A stretch of 64,000 nt of DNA from Candidatus Iainarchaeum sp. (lineage in GTDB: Archaea > Iainarchaeota > Iainarchaeia > Iainarchaeales > JAAZKV01): positions 64,977-128,976 of the forward strand of contig JAPLVR010000006.1 in assembly GCA_026397015.1 (NCBI GenBank). Direction: 5' to 3'. Positions 47,123 through 56,096 of the stretch are shown in pieces. Below the pieces are notes generated by a model that was given only the letters and a program-made list of their open reading frames with translations, was not told the DNA's origin and did not search any database. Numbering within the stretch: position 1 is the first letter of the stretch; each line of letters begins with the position of its first letter. Made by a program: the position numbers and the translations under genes.

Positions 47123-47611
47123 TCACAATTTATTCTGCAAAGGCATGCTTGGAAGAGTCCTCGTCTGCTTTAGTTCGGAAGTAACGACCATTGTTTTTAC
47201 AGCCAGCACCCCGTCAATAAGGCCTATCTGCCCTATGAACCTGTCGGCGCTTTCAAGATTAGGCACAACAATTTTCGCAATCAAATTATACTCCCCTAAA
47301 ACCTGATAGAGTTCAAGAACAAAATCCATTGTCACAAGTTTTTTCATTATGTCCCTCTGCTTTGAAGGATCCACCTGCATCTGCACAAAAATAGGGTTTT
47401 CATAGCCGAGTGCCTTGTAATTTAAATCAACCGAAATTGATTGAATGACGCCTTTTCGCTTCAATGATTCAACCCTTTTCTTTATCGCGACATCGGTAAG
47501 CTTTGTCTCCCTTGCAATCGCAGAAAAGGAGGCGCGCCCGTCAAGAAGCAGCGCTTTGAGAATTATGTTATCAATCTTATCAAGAGAAGCACCCAACCAA
47601 AAACACCCCAA
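47123..47611 (-). CDS. Lrp/AsnC-family transcription regulator
   Basis: LDKIDNIILKALLLDGRASFSAIARETKLTDVAIKKRVESLKRKGVI plus a RAM-like C-domain. No ATG start is available. A TTG at 47611 or 47596 is possible. Confidence 0.8.
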   Translation of the reverse strand: MGCFWLGASLDKIDNIILKALLLDGRASFSAIARETKLTDVAIKKRVESLKRKGVIQSISVDLNYKALGYENPIFVQMQVDPSKQRDIMKKLVTMDFVLELYQVLGEYNLIAKIVVPNLESADRFIGQIGLIDGVLAVKTMVVTSELKQTRTLPSMPLQNKL

Positions 47612-47748
47612 AAGTTCAAAAAACCAAGAAAACTATTAAACAAATAAACCCAATGATTATTTAAAGTTTGCTTTTCTAACGCGGCCGGACTTTCGAGAAC
47701 TTGCCTTAAAACAAAACAAAACAAAAAAAAAGAAATAATTCTTTTATT

Positions 47749-48564
47749 TTAGAGCTTTCCGCCGAAGTGCTTTTCCCTCAGGCGCACGGCATTTATTTTT
47801 TTTGGCCTCTCAGCCGGTTTGGCCTTCGACTGATAATACTCGACGCTTCGCAGCAGCTCGAACTTCATTATGAAAGAATAAGATTTCATCTGTTCAATCA
47901 GGGGGACAAGCAAAACAAGCACGAAAACAAGAGAAATAAAATTTCCAGGAAGGGCGAGCATATCCAAGCCGAATTCGATTGCAAATATTATTGCGAGCAA
48001 AATTGAACCAATTAGCACGGTTGACACTGCGAGAACCGGCTGGGCCAAAATAAACTTCAGGCTATCTACAATGGAACCCGAAATATTTTCTTCATCCAAA
48101 ACAATGCTCTGTGGCGCGTACATAAGCGCAAACGCGATAACAAAATTTATCGCCACAATTACGACAGGGACCAGCCCATACTGGGCGCCAAAAACGGAAA
48201 CCAAAAAAAATATCGCCACCATCCCGAGGTAGAGCAAAAATATTTTTAGCGCCGCACCGCGCATCAGCTCATTCCAGTAATCATCAAGAGACATGTGCTG
48301 GATATCCCTTCTTACGGCATAAATTGTCAGGGAAACTAAAAATGAAAAAAAATACAAAAAAACCAGCCCTGCAATCAGCCCGAGCAGAATTGAAAGAGTT
48401 GCGCCATAGCTGAGGAAAACAGTGCCGGACGCGATGTAAAAGTCCTCGAACATCACGAAAAGCAACACAAACACCAAAAGAAGCAGGTAGCTCACCGCCA
48501 CCTTCAGATTTGAGGAGTATTCCTCAACGGCCTTCTTCAAAACCAGCCCAAGCATCTCAAACAT
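47749..48564 (-). CDS. hypothetical multi-pass membrane protein
   Basis: 271 aa with about 6 hydrophobic segments. No motif I recognise. Confidence 0.5.
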   Translation of the reverse strand: MFEMLGLVLKKAVEEYSSNLKVAVSYLLLLVFVLLFVMFEDFYIASGTVFLSYGATLSILLGLIAGLVFLYFFSFLVSLTIYAVRRDIQHMSLDDYWNELMRGAALKIFLLYLGMVAIFFLVSVFGAQYGLVPVVIVAINFVIAFALMYAPQSIVLDEENISGSIVDSLKFILAQPVLAVSTVLIGSILLAIIFAIEFGLDMLALPGNFISLVFVLVLLVPLIEQMKSYSFIMKFELLRSVEYYQSKAKPAERPKKINAVRLREKHFGGKL

Positions 48565-48626
48565 AATCCAAATTATATACTTAAATGTTTAAAAACCAAA
48601 AGCAACAACCCAAATTCGGAGAAAAA

Positions 48627-49886
48627 CTACTTCTGGCAGGAAACAATTTCGCCCTCAAAAAAATTCGGATACGCTTTTGTTATTCTTACGCGGGCAAATT
48701 TTCCAAAACAGCTTTTAACCAAAACCGGCCTGTAGCAATCGGTGCGCGCGGTAAAAAACCCATTGCCCGCTTTTTCCGAAACCAGCGCATCAAATTTCTT
48801 TCCAACCAGCTTTTTGTTTTTTTCCAAAAAGAGATTCTTGCAAAAAGACGAAATTTTTCTGCTCCTTTCTTTTTTTTCAGATTCGGAAAGCTGGTTTTTC
48901 ATTATGGCTGCCTTTGTTCCGGGGCGCTTTCCAAAGCGCGAAATGTTCACTACATCCGGTTTTGCCTTCCCAAGCAAAGCCAAAGTTTTTTCAAAATCGG
49001 CTTTTGCTTCGCCCGGAAAGCCGACAATTACGTCAGTTGAAATTGTGATGTTCGGCTGGCTGGCACGCGCGATTTTTAGGCAATCCAAAAAATCCTTTCC
49101 TGAATATTTTCTCCCCATCGCTTTCAAAATCTGGTCAGAGCCACTCTGCACCGGAAGATGGAGAAATTTATAAAGACGCCTGTTTTCGAATAGAGGCATA
49201 AGCTGTTTGTGAATTTTTTTGAAATGATTCGGATTCATCATTCCGAGGCGGACAAAATAATCACCCTCATTTTTCAAGAGGCGCTTCAAAAGTTTTGGAA
49301 GCGATGAACTGGAATCAACGCCGTAACAGCCCAGATCCTGCGAGGTGATCCAAATTTCTTTTGATTCAGCCGTTGCTTTTTTGAAAGCAACTTCAATTTC
49401 CTTTTCGGAGTATGAATGCAATTCTCCGCGCGCAATTTTTGTGATGCAATAAGAGCATCCGCCGACACAGCCGGTCGCAATCGGAATAATTGAAATCATT
49501 TCCCTGGTTTTTACGCTTTTCATTTCCGGGGAAAATTTTTTCGGCCTTATTTTCAACGCACGGCAAAGGGACTCAAGATTCGTGTCAAGAACTGTCATTT
49601 TCTCCGAAATTTTTTTTATTGGCGCACTTCTCGCCGCCGAAAGGCAACCAAAAACAAATAATTTCGCGCCGCTTCTTTTATTTTCAAAAAGAAAACTTAT
49701 GCGGGAAAGCATTCTCTGTTCAGTAACGGCTTTAACCGCGCAGGTGTTAATTACGACAATATCCGCTTCCTTAAAATCATCCGCCTGCTCAAACTTTTGC
49801 GATTCAAGAAATCCGGAGATTTTTTCCGTTTCAGAAATGTTCAGGGCGCAGCCGTAACCCTCGACATAATACTTTTTTAACTTCAT
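48627..49886 (-). CDS. MiaB-like tRNA methylthiotransferase (archaeal/eukaryal CDKAL1 type)
   Basis: N-terminal YVEGYGCALN, the radical-SAM motif GCVGGCSYCITKIARG, and a C-terminal TRAM-like domain. Confidence 0.85.
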   Translation of the reverse strand: MKLKKYYVEGYGCALNISETEKISGFLESQKFEQADDFKEADIVVINTCAVKAVTEQRMLSRISFLFENKRSGAKLFVFGCLSAARSAPIKKISEKMTVLDTNLESLCRALKIRPKKFSPEMKSVKTREMISIIPIATGCVGGCSYCITKIARGELHSYSEKEIEVAFKKATAESKEIWITSQDLGCYGVDSSSSLPKLLKRLLKNEGDYFVRLGMMNPNHFKKIHKQLMPLFENRRLYKFLHLPVQSGSDQILKAMGRKYSGKDFLDCLKIARASQPNITISTDVIVGFPGEAKADFEKTLALLGKAKPDVVNISRFGKRPGTKAAIMKNQLSESEKKERSRKISSFCKNLFLEKNKKLVGKKFDALVSEKAGNGFFTARTDCYRPVLVKSCFGKFARVRITKAYPNFFEGEIVSCQK

Positions 49887-49935
49887 ACTGAAAATTGAAA
49901 GAAAATATTAAAGAATTGTTAAGTTATGAAAAGCG

Positions 49936-50580
49936 TTACGATTCTTTTTGTTTTTCATAAAGTTCAAGAACAAAAAATGGAAGCCACGCAGCTATGGCGC
50001 CGAGCATGAAAATCAGGTACATGCTTTTTCTAAGCTCGGGCCAGTAATTTACAGGAAGGAATTGAACAAGCTTGGTTGACTGCCCGCTCTGATACTGCGC
50101 AGCGTATTCCTTATTCACAGTGTCAACGTCATTTGAACATGTGCTCTCATTGAAACAAAAATAAAGGGAAACTGAAATGCCGTTTCGTTCCGCGGCAAGC
50201 GCGGCATTGTTGCCATAATGCCATGCGAGGTTTATCATGTAGCCGAAGTAAAGCGCAATCACAAGCAAAACGAAGAATAAGAGCGAGGAGGCAACCTTTG
50301 TTTCAAAATATTCATTGAACCATCTTATCACAAAATAACAGAGGGCGAATCCGGTTAGGGGCGCAAAAAAAAACATCAGCGAACTCCACGTGTCATACGG
50401 TAAAATTGATCCTATTATAGGAATTCCTCTAAAACCGTCAAGAGCACCCGCAGAGAGACATTTGCCCCCGGAAAATATGTTGGTGCATGCCCCGCCGATA
50501 AACCAAAAAATTGAGTAAGAAACAAGGAACCATATCAATGCCATAACGAGAAAAAATTTCTTGTTACCACTTAATGCCAA
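49936..50580 (-). CDS. hypothetical membrane protein
   Basis: 214 aa with 4-5 TM segments. No motif I recognise. Confidence 0.5.
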   Translation of the reverse strand: MALSGNKKFFLVMALIWFLVSYSIFWFIGGACTNIFSGGKCLSAGALDGFRGIPIIGSILPYDTWSSLMFFFAPLTGFALCYFVIRWFNEYFETKVASSLLFFVLLVIALYFGYMINLAWHYGNNAALAAERNGISVSLYFCFNESTCSNDVDTVNKEYAAQYQSGQSTKLVQFLPVNYWPELRKSMYLIFMLGAIAAWLPFFVLELYEKQKES

Positions 50581-50693
50581 AAGAAACCACCGCTAAAAGC
50601 CCTTAAGAAAACTGTCCGATAATATGCTTTTAATCTTTACTCAGCGCTCATTTCCTAGAAGCGGCGCTGGTGCTGCTCGAAAAACCGATTTTT

Positions 50694-51659
50694 ATGACAC
50701 AAATTGAAATTCCATGGGTTGAAAAATACAGGCCGAATTCGCTGGACGACGTAATGGGCCATGAAGGCATAACAAAGCGCCTGAAAGCATATGTAAAACA
50801 GAGAAATCTTCCGAATATGCTTTTCTCCGGTCCGGCGGGAACTGGAAAAACAAGTTCCGCAATCGCGCTGGCAAGAGAGCTCTTCGGAAAAAATATGGGA
50901 ATGAATTTTTTAGAACTTAACGCAAGCGATGAGCGAGGCATCGATGTTGTAAGAAACACAATCAAGGATTTTGCGCGAACACTTGCCTTCGACACCGATT
51001 TCAAAATAATTTTTTTGGACGAATGCGACGCTCTTACAAACGATGCACAGCAGGCGCTAAGAAGGACGATGGAAAAATATACTAAAACCTGCAGGTTCTG
51101 CCTGTCATGCAACTACTCTTCAAAAATAATCGAGCCGATACAGTCAAGATGCGTAATTTACAGGTTCAAACCACTGAGCCCGGAAGACATTGCAAAACAA
51201 ATTGATGCCATCGGAAAAAAAGAGGGGCTCACAATCGACGAGGGCGCAAAGAAGGCAATCAATTACGTGTGCCAGGGCGACTTGAGAAAGGCAATCAATA
51301 TTTTACAGGGCGCATCGTCAACCGGAAAAAAAATTACTGAAGACATAATATACAACGTTTCAAGCCGCGCAAGGCCGGAACAAGTTAGGGAAATGATTAT
51401 GCTGGCACTGCAGGCGAAATTTTTGGAAGCAAGAAAAAAACTGGACGAATTAATGTACGAACAGGGGATGAGCGGAGAAGACGTGCTGCTGCAGCTTTAC
51501 AGGGAAACAATGGCGCTTGAAGAAAATGAACTGTCGGACAAGGCAAAAATTGAGCTGGTTGACATCATAGGAGAATACGATTTCAGAATGGTTGAAGGCG
51601 CAAACGAAAGGGTACAGCTTGAAGCGCTTTTGGCGCAGTTCATGAAATACAAAAAATAG
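50694..51659 (+). CDS. rfcS: replication factor C small subunit
   Basis: I place the start at MTQIEIPWVEKYRP. Contains Walker A GPAGTGKTS, DECD, and the SRC motif (IEPIQSRC). No intein. Confidence 0.9.
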   Translation: MTQIEIPWVEKYRPNSLDDVMGHEGITKRLKAYVKQRNLPNMLFSGPAGTGKTSSAIALARELFGKNMGMNFLELNASDERGIDVVRNTIKDFARTLAFDTDFKIIFLDECDALTNDAQQALRRTMEKYTKTCRFCLSCNYSSKIIEPIQSRCVIYRFKPLSPEDIAKQIDAIGKKEGLTIDEGAKKAINYVCQGDLRKAINILQGASSTGKKITEDIIYNVSSRARPEQVREMIMLALQAKFLEARKKLDELMYEQGMSGEDVLLQLYRETMALEENELSDKAKIELVDIIGEYDFRMVEGANERVQLEALLAQFMKYKK

Positions 51660-51787
51660 CTGCCAAAGCTTCCTAAATTTTTTATTTTCAACTTTTTTGA
51701 TTTTTCAAATTTTTCATTTTAAAATGATTTCTTATTCAAACAGATAGTAATATAAGCAACGTGCAGGGCAATATTTTTGGTGAATCC

Positions 51788-52432
51788 ATGCCGAAAAAGC
51801 CCCCAAAACCGCCTCCAAAAAATCACGGCAGTCCGGAAAATCAGCTGCCGATGCAATTGAGGTTCCAACTAAGCCGAAAGGAACTGATAGACGCGCAAAC
51901 AAAGGCGGAAGCGCAGGTGGCATGGAAAACCCTGAACAGCTTCATAAGCCAGCGAAAATTTGACAAGACGCTTCACGAAAATCTTGCCAGGGGGATTGAC
52001 AAGCTGGCTTTTAAAAAGGTCACCATGGCACTTGAAATAGATCCGAAAACAGTCGGAAATGCTTACAGAATAGTCCGAAAAATAAGAAAGGCCAACCTCC
52101 AAAAGGAATACATCATGAGGTACGTGAAACTTTACGGCACGCTTGTGAGAATGGGAATAATTCCTGCCGAAAAGATTATTTCGGTAAATAAGCACCTAGT
52201 TCCGAGGCTGCAGAGGGCGATGGACGAAAAAGAAATGCTTAAGATGCAGCTTGAAAAAGCCATCGGTGACAAAAAAAAATCCGATGTTATTTTGAAAATC
52301 ATTTCTAAAGTTGGTGGCAGATTCATGCCAACGCCGCCGCTGAGCGACGCGGTCCTGAGAACGATAAGCAAGAAAAATGCGAAAAAAATAATTGCAAGCC
52401 TTCCTCCGCCTTCAGAGCTGCCGCCCATTTGA
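51788..52432 (+). CDS. hypothetical basic protein, Pro-rich termini
   Basis: I prefer the start MPKKPPKPPPKN. Helical and K/R-rich, with a possible HTH (LEIDPKTVGNAYRIVRKIRK). Confidence 0.45.
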   Translation: MPKKPPKPPPKNHGSPENQLPMQLRFQLSRKELIDAQTKAEAQVAWKTLNSFISQRKFDKTLHENLARGIDKLAFKKVTMALEIDPKTVGNAYRIVRKIRKANLQKEYIMRYVKLYGTLVRMGIIPAEKIISVNKHLVPRLQRAMDEKEMLKMQLEKAIGDKKKSDVILKIISKVGGRFMPTPPLSDAVLRTISKKNAKKIIASLPPPSELPPI

Positions 52433-52486
52433 ACTCACAAGAATCAGGGCAATAAGGATGAATGTGCTCCTGCTTGAGGGGAACAG

Positions 52487-53719
52487 CTAGTACCACTCGC
52501 TTATTCTTTTCTGCTCCTTAAAATGCTTCAGCAATTTGGATTTTTTTCTATACTTTTGAATCGGGACGCCCAATTTAGTTGAAAGGAACTCAAGCGCCAA
52601 ATTTAGAGTTGAAAATTCGAGCGGCTTTTCTTTTAGTGCGGCGCGGACATTCTCCCTAATCTGCCACACTCCGAGAGGGACCATGTAGCCGGAACCGATT
52701 TCTCTGAAAATTATTGCAGCCGCCTGCTTCTTCTGAGCGACCAAATGTTCGGCAATGGCAAGGCGCGCGGCGAAATAAGCTCCCTCGGTTTCCTCTGGAT
52801 AGCCCTTTAAGCCCTTGTTAAATTCATGGTCCGCGCCGATGTTGACTTCCTTCGCCCCGGGATTCCAGACACCCCCTGGATTCCACGCCTCAATCTGCTC
52901 AAAGGACCACGGATAGGGCATGAGCATCACCCAAAAATTGTTGTCCAAATAATTTGAATGGAACAGTTTGAATGAATCGATCAGCGCGCTCCGCCTTATT
53001 TTTTCGTCAATGAAATATTTTGAAATATTTGAATCAACGGCGGTTATCGCCCAGCGCGTCGGCACAATTTTCCTGTTCTTTTTCAAGCCGAGCGAGCCGC
53101 TTGAAAGCACCTTTGAAAGAACCGAAACCGGAAAACCATCGTTGAAAAGCTCCACCAACGCCGTTGCGGATTTTGCATCCGTGTCGGAATAAAAATTTTC
53201 AATCTTTTTCGGCACCTTCGGGTTTCCGGAAATTGTCAGCTTTTTAAGTTTCACGCTCGGACCCATCGGGGCGACAAAAGAATCAAAAGAGATTTCCATC
53301 TTCGGCTTGTTTGCGAGCGAAAGCTCGACATTGAGCGAGCCGGAAGCCATTGTTATTTCCTGAAAATCCTGCAATTCGTAATTCGGGTTCCTTGCGGAAT
53401 TAACCGGCATCGTTTTGTAAGAACGGAGCAGCGACTCCCTGAAGGAAATTATTTTCTCCTGCGGCAAGCCGTACCACTGCTCGGGCAAATCGCTCATCCC
53501 GACTGATTCGCTTGGAAGCGAGGAAAGGGGCGCGACAGCTACCTTCGGATAATTTCTCCACGAAACGAAGAAGCCCGGCGGAGTCACCCCTTCAAATTCA
53601 TTCCCTTTTATCGCGGATTCGATTGTTTTCTGCCGCGACCGCTTCTCAAGAATTGGGCAGCTTTCCAGGCCGCACAAAAGCTTTCCTTTGCATCTGATGC
53701 ATAGCTCCGGCGAAATCAT
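52487..53719 (-). CDS. nreA: NreA-like DNA repair protein
   Basis: N-terminal Cys cluster CIRCKGKLLCGLESCPIL, 410 aa, and the C-terminal PIP box QKRISEWY. Confidence 0.7.
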   Translation of the reverse strand: MISPELCIRCKGKLLCGLESCPILEKRSRQKTIESAIKGNEFEGVTPPGFFVSWRNYPKVAVAPLSSLPSESVGMSDLPEQWYGLPQEKIISFRESLLRSYKTMPVNSARNPNYELQDFQEITMASGSLNVELSLANKPKMEISFDSFVAPMGPSVKLKKLTISGNPKVPKKIENFYSDTDAKSATALVELFNDGFPVSVLSKVLSSGSLGLKKNRKIVPTRWAITAVDSNISKYFIDEKIRRSALIDSFKLFHSNYLDNNFWVMLMPYPWSFEQIEAWNPGGVWNPGAKEVNIGADHEFNKGLKGYPEETEGAYFAARLAIAEHLVAQKKQAAAIIFREIGSGYMVPLGVWQIRENVRAALKEKPLEFSTLNLALEFLSTKLGVPIQKYRKKSKLLKHFKEQKRISEWY

Positions 53720-53893
53720 CCCATACCAATCCGAAAATTAAAACAAAAATCAATCCGCGAATCTCAAATAATTTTGTGGACAAAAAGAAACAAAAATGCA
53801 TCCATGCTTTTGTGCCGGTCAAAAAAATATTAAAAATTAAGAAGGAAGCCCAACGAAAACCTTTTTATTTCCTTACCAATCCATTTCTGATTC

Positions 53894-54142
53894 ATGCCTT
53901 TCAAAGATATTGTGGTCGAAATTAAGAATATGCCGGCACGGCCGAGAACGAGAGGTGCGAACGGCTCAAAGGGAATAATTGACGCATGCGCTCCGAGCCT
54001 AAGGGAGGCGATTGAACAGTCCGTTGCGCCTGTAAAAAGCTGGAAAGAATGCAGGCATGTGCGTATGGACGGCGAGAATGCGCTTTGCAGGGAATACATT
54101 TCAAAATGCGGCAGGGAAAAGTGCACACGCGTAAAAAAATAA
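53894..54142 (+). CDS. possible 82-aa Cys/Arg-rich small protein (coding status uncertain)
   Basis: The ORF has 5 Cys. A TATA-like TTTTTATTT lies about 28 nt upstream of the ATG and oligo-T runs follow the stop. The region is locally GC-rich and open in three frames. Confidence 0.35.
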   Translation: MPFKDIVVEIKNMPARPRTRGANGSKGIIDACAPSLREAIEQSVAPVKSWKECRHVRMDGENALCREYISKCGREKCTRVKK

Positions 54143-54272
54143 CAAATTTTTCTTCCAAATTTTTTCTAATTCTAATTGCCAGTTGAAATTGATGCAAGCC
54201 CGCAACAAAGGAGTTTTAAAAAAGGTTTGCTGGCTCAGTTATAAAAGCGCAAATTAGAGGTTAAAAGCGCCG

Positions 54273-56036
54273 ATGCAAGTTGATTTTATGGCAGAAAAAA
54301 AGGAAGCGGAAGAACTTGAAAAGCTTTGGCATACAACGGCGCATGTATTTGCCGACGCGCTGACCGAGCTTTACCCGAAGGCAAAAATCGCAATCGGACC
54401 GCCGATAGAGTGGGGCTTTCACTATGATTTTGAGCTGGATAAAAACATTGACGGAAAAGATTTGGAAAAAATAGAAAACAGGATGAGGGAAATCCTTTCC
54501 AGAAAAGAAAAATTGACAAGGAAAGAAATTTCGACGAAAGAAGCGCTCCAGTTTTTTAACGATAATCCTTACAAAGTGGAAATGATAAAAGATTTGGCGG
54601 CAAAGGGAGAAAAAACTGTTTTAATTTATTATACCGGAAAATTTGTGGACCTGTGCAAGGGGCCGCATCTCGAAAGCACCGAACCGATAAAAGCGGTGAA
54701 ACTTCTAAAAATTTCTTCGGCATACTGGAAGGGCGATGAGAAAAACAAAGTGCTGCAAAGAGTTTACGGAATCGGATTCAAAACGCAGAAAGAACTTGAT
54801 AACTGGCTCGAAATGAGAAAAAAGGCCGAAAAAAATTCTAATGTAAAACTGGGAAAAGAACTCGACTTGTATATGATAAGCGAGGAAGTCGGAAAAGGGC
54901 TTCCAATCTGGACTCCAAAAGGGACTCTTCTTAGAATGCAACTTCAGGAATTTTTGACAAAAGAACAGATAAAACGCGGATACAGTTTTCTTATAACGCC
55001 GCACATCGCAAAACTTGACCTCTTCAAAAAATCCGGGCACTACGACAATTACAGGGAAATGATGTATGCGCCGATAAAAATAGATGATGAAGAATATTTG
55101 CTGAAGCCGATGAACTGCCCGTTCCACATACAATATTACATGCGAAAACCGAAGAGCTACCGCGACCTTCCTCTTAGACTCAGCGAGATGGGGACGGTTT
55201 ACAGATATGAAAAAAGCGGCGAGCTCTCGGGACTGTTAAGAGTGAGAGGATTTACACAGGATGACGCCCATATTTTCTGCACACCAGAACAGGTGAAAGA
55301 AGAATTCAAGGCGGTCTTTGACATGGTAATGCGTGTAATGAAAGTTTTGGGGCTGGAAAATTTCAGAGTCAGAATCGGAACAAGAGATGAAAAAAGCACA
55401 AAATATATTGGAGATATTAAAAACTGGGAAAGGGCGACAAAAGAAATAATCGAGGTTCTTGAAGAGTGCAAAATAAAATTTGAAATAAACGAGGGGGACG
55501 CCGCATTCTACGGCCCGAAAGCCGACATACTGATAAAGGATTCGCTCGAAAGAGAATGGCAAACCGGAACGATACAACTGGACTACAATCTGCCGGAAAG
55601 ATTTGAACTGGAATACATCGCCGCCGACGGAAAAAAACACAGTCCGGTCATGATACACAGGGCGCCGTTCGGAAGCTTTGAAAGATTTGTAGGAATAATA
55701 ATCGAGCATTTTGGGGGTGCCTTTCCGCTGTGGCTGGCTCCGGAACAGGTAAGAATCATTCCTGTTTCCGAAAAGTTTGCAAAATACGGGAAAAAGGTTA
55801 GGGATGAACTTGCGGAAAAAGAAATCAGGTGCGTGCTTGACGACAGCAACGAAACCCTCGGGTATAGAATAAGGGAAGGACAAAAGGAAAAAATCCCCTA
55901 CATACTGGTTGTGGGCGCAAAAGAAGAAGAGGATTCCTCTGTTGCCATAAGAGACCGCCAGGGAAAACAAGAAGTCATGAAAATGGAAAAGTTTATTCAA
56001 AACGCGCTGAAGGAAATCGCCGAAAAAAGTCCCTAA
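54273..56036 (+). CDS. thrS: threonine--tRNA ligase (bacterial-type editing domain, no TGS domain)
   Basis: N-terminal WHTTAHVFADAL (HxxxH of the N2/SAD editing domain), then the class II core and HRAPFGSFERFVGIIIEHFGGAFPLWLAP, and an anticodon-binding domain. Confidence 0.9.
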   Translation: MQVDFMAEKKEAEELEKLWHTTAHVFADALTELYPKAKIAIGPPIEWGFHYDFELDKNIDGKDLEKIENRMREILSRKEKLTRKEISTKEALQFFNDNPYKVEMIKDLAAKGEKTVLIYYTGKFVDLCKGPHLESTEPIKAVKLLKISSAYWKGDEKNKVLQRVYGIGFKTQKELDNWLEMRKKAEKNSNVKLGKELDLYMISEEVGKGLPIWTPKGTLLRMQLQEFLTKEQIKRGYSFLITPHIAKLDLFKKSGHYDNYREMMYAPIKIDDEEYLLKPMNCPFHIQYYMRKPKSYRDLPLRLSEMGTVYRYEKSGELSGLLRVRGFTQDDAHIFCTPEQVKEEFKAVFDMVMRVMKVLGLENFRVRIGTRDEKSTKYIGDIKNWERATKEIIEVLEECKIKFEINEGDAAFYGPKADILIKDSLEREWQTGTIQLDYNLPERFELEYIAADGKKHSPVMIHRAPFGSFERFVGIIIEHFGGAFPLWLAPEQVRIIPVSEKFAKYGKKVRDELAEKEIRCVLDDSNETLGYRIREGQKEKIPYILVVGAKEEEDSSVAIRDRQGKQEVMKMEKFIQNALKEIAEKSP

Positions 56037-56096
56037 TAAAAGCCCTCAAAATGCTACAGTAGTAATAAATATATAATTAGACACTTTATCTATTGC

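Noticed and set aside
53894-54142. Identification of the GC-rich block as RNase P RNA or SRP RNA.
   Set aside because: I could not find the conserved GAGGAAAGTCC / ACAGAA..GGCTTA (RNase P) elements or the GGAAG-tetraloop helix-8 (SRP) elements on either strand. It is kept only as an unassigned candidate in the findings.
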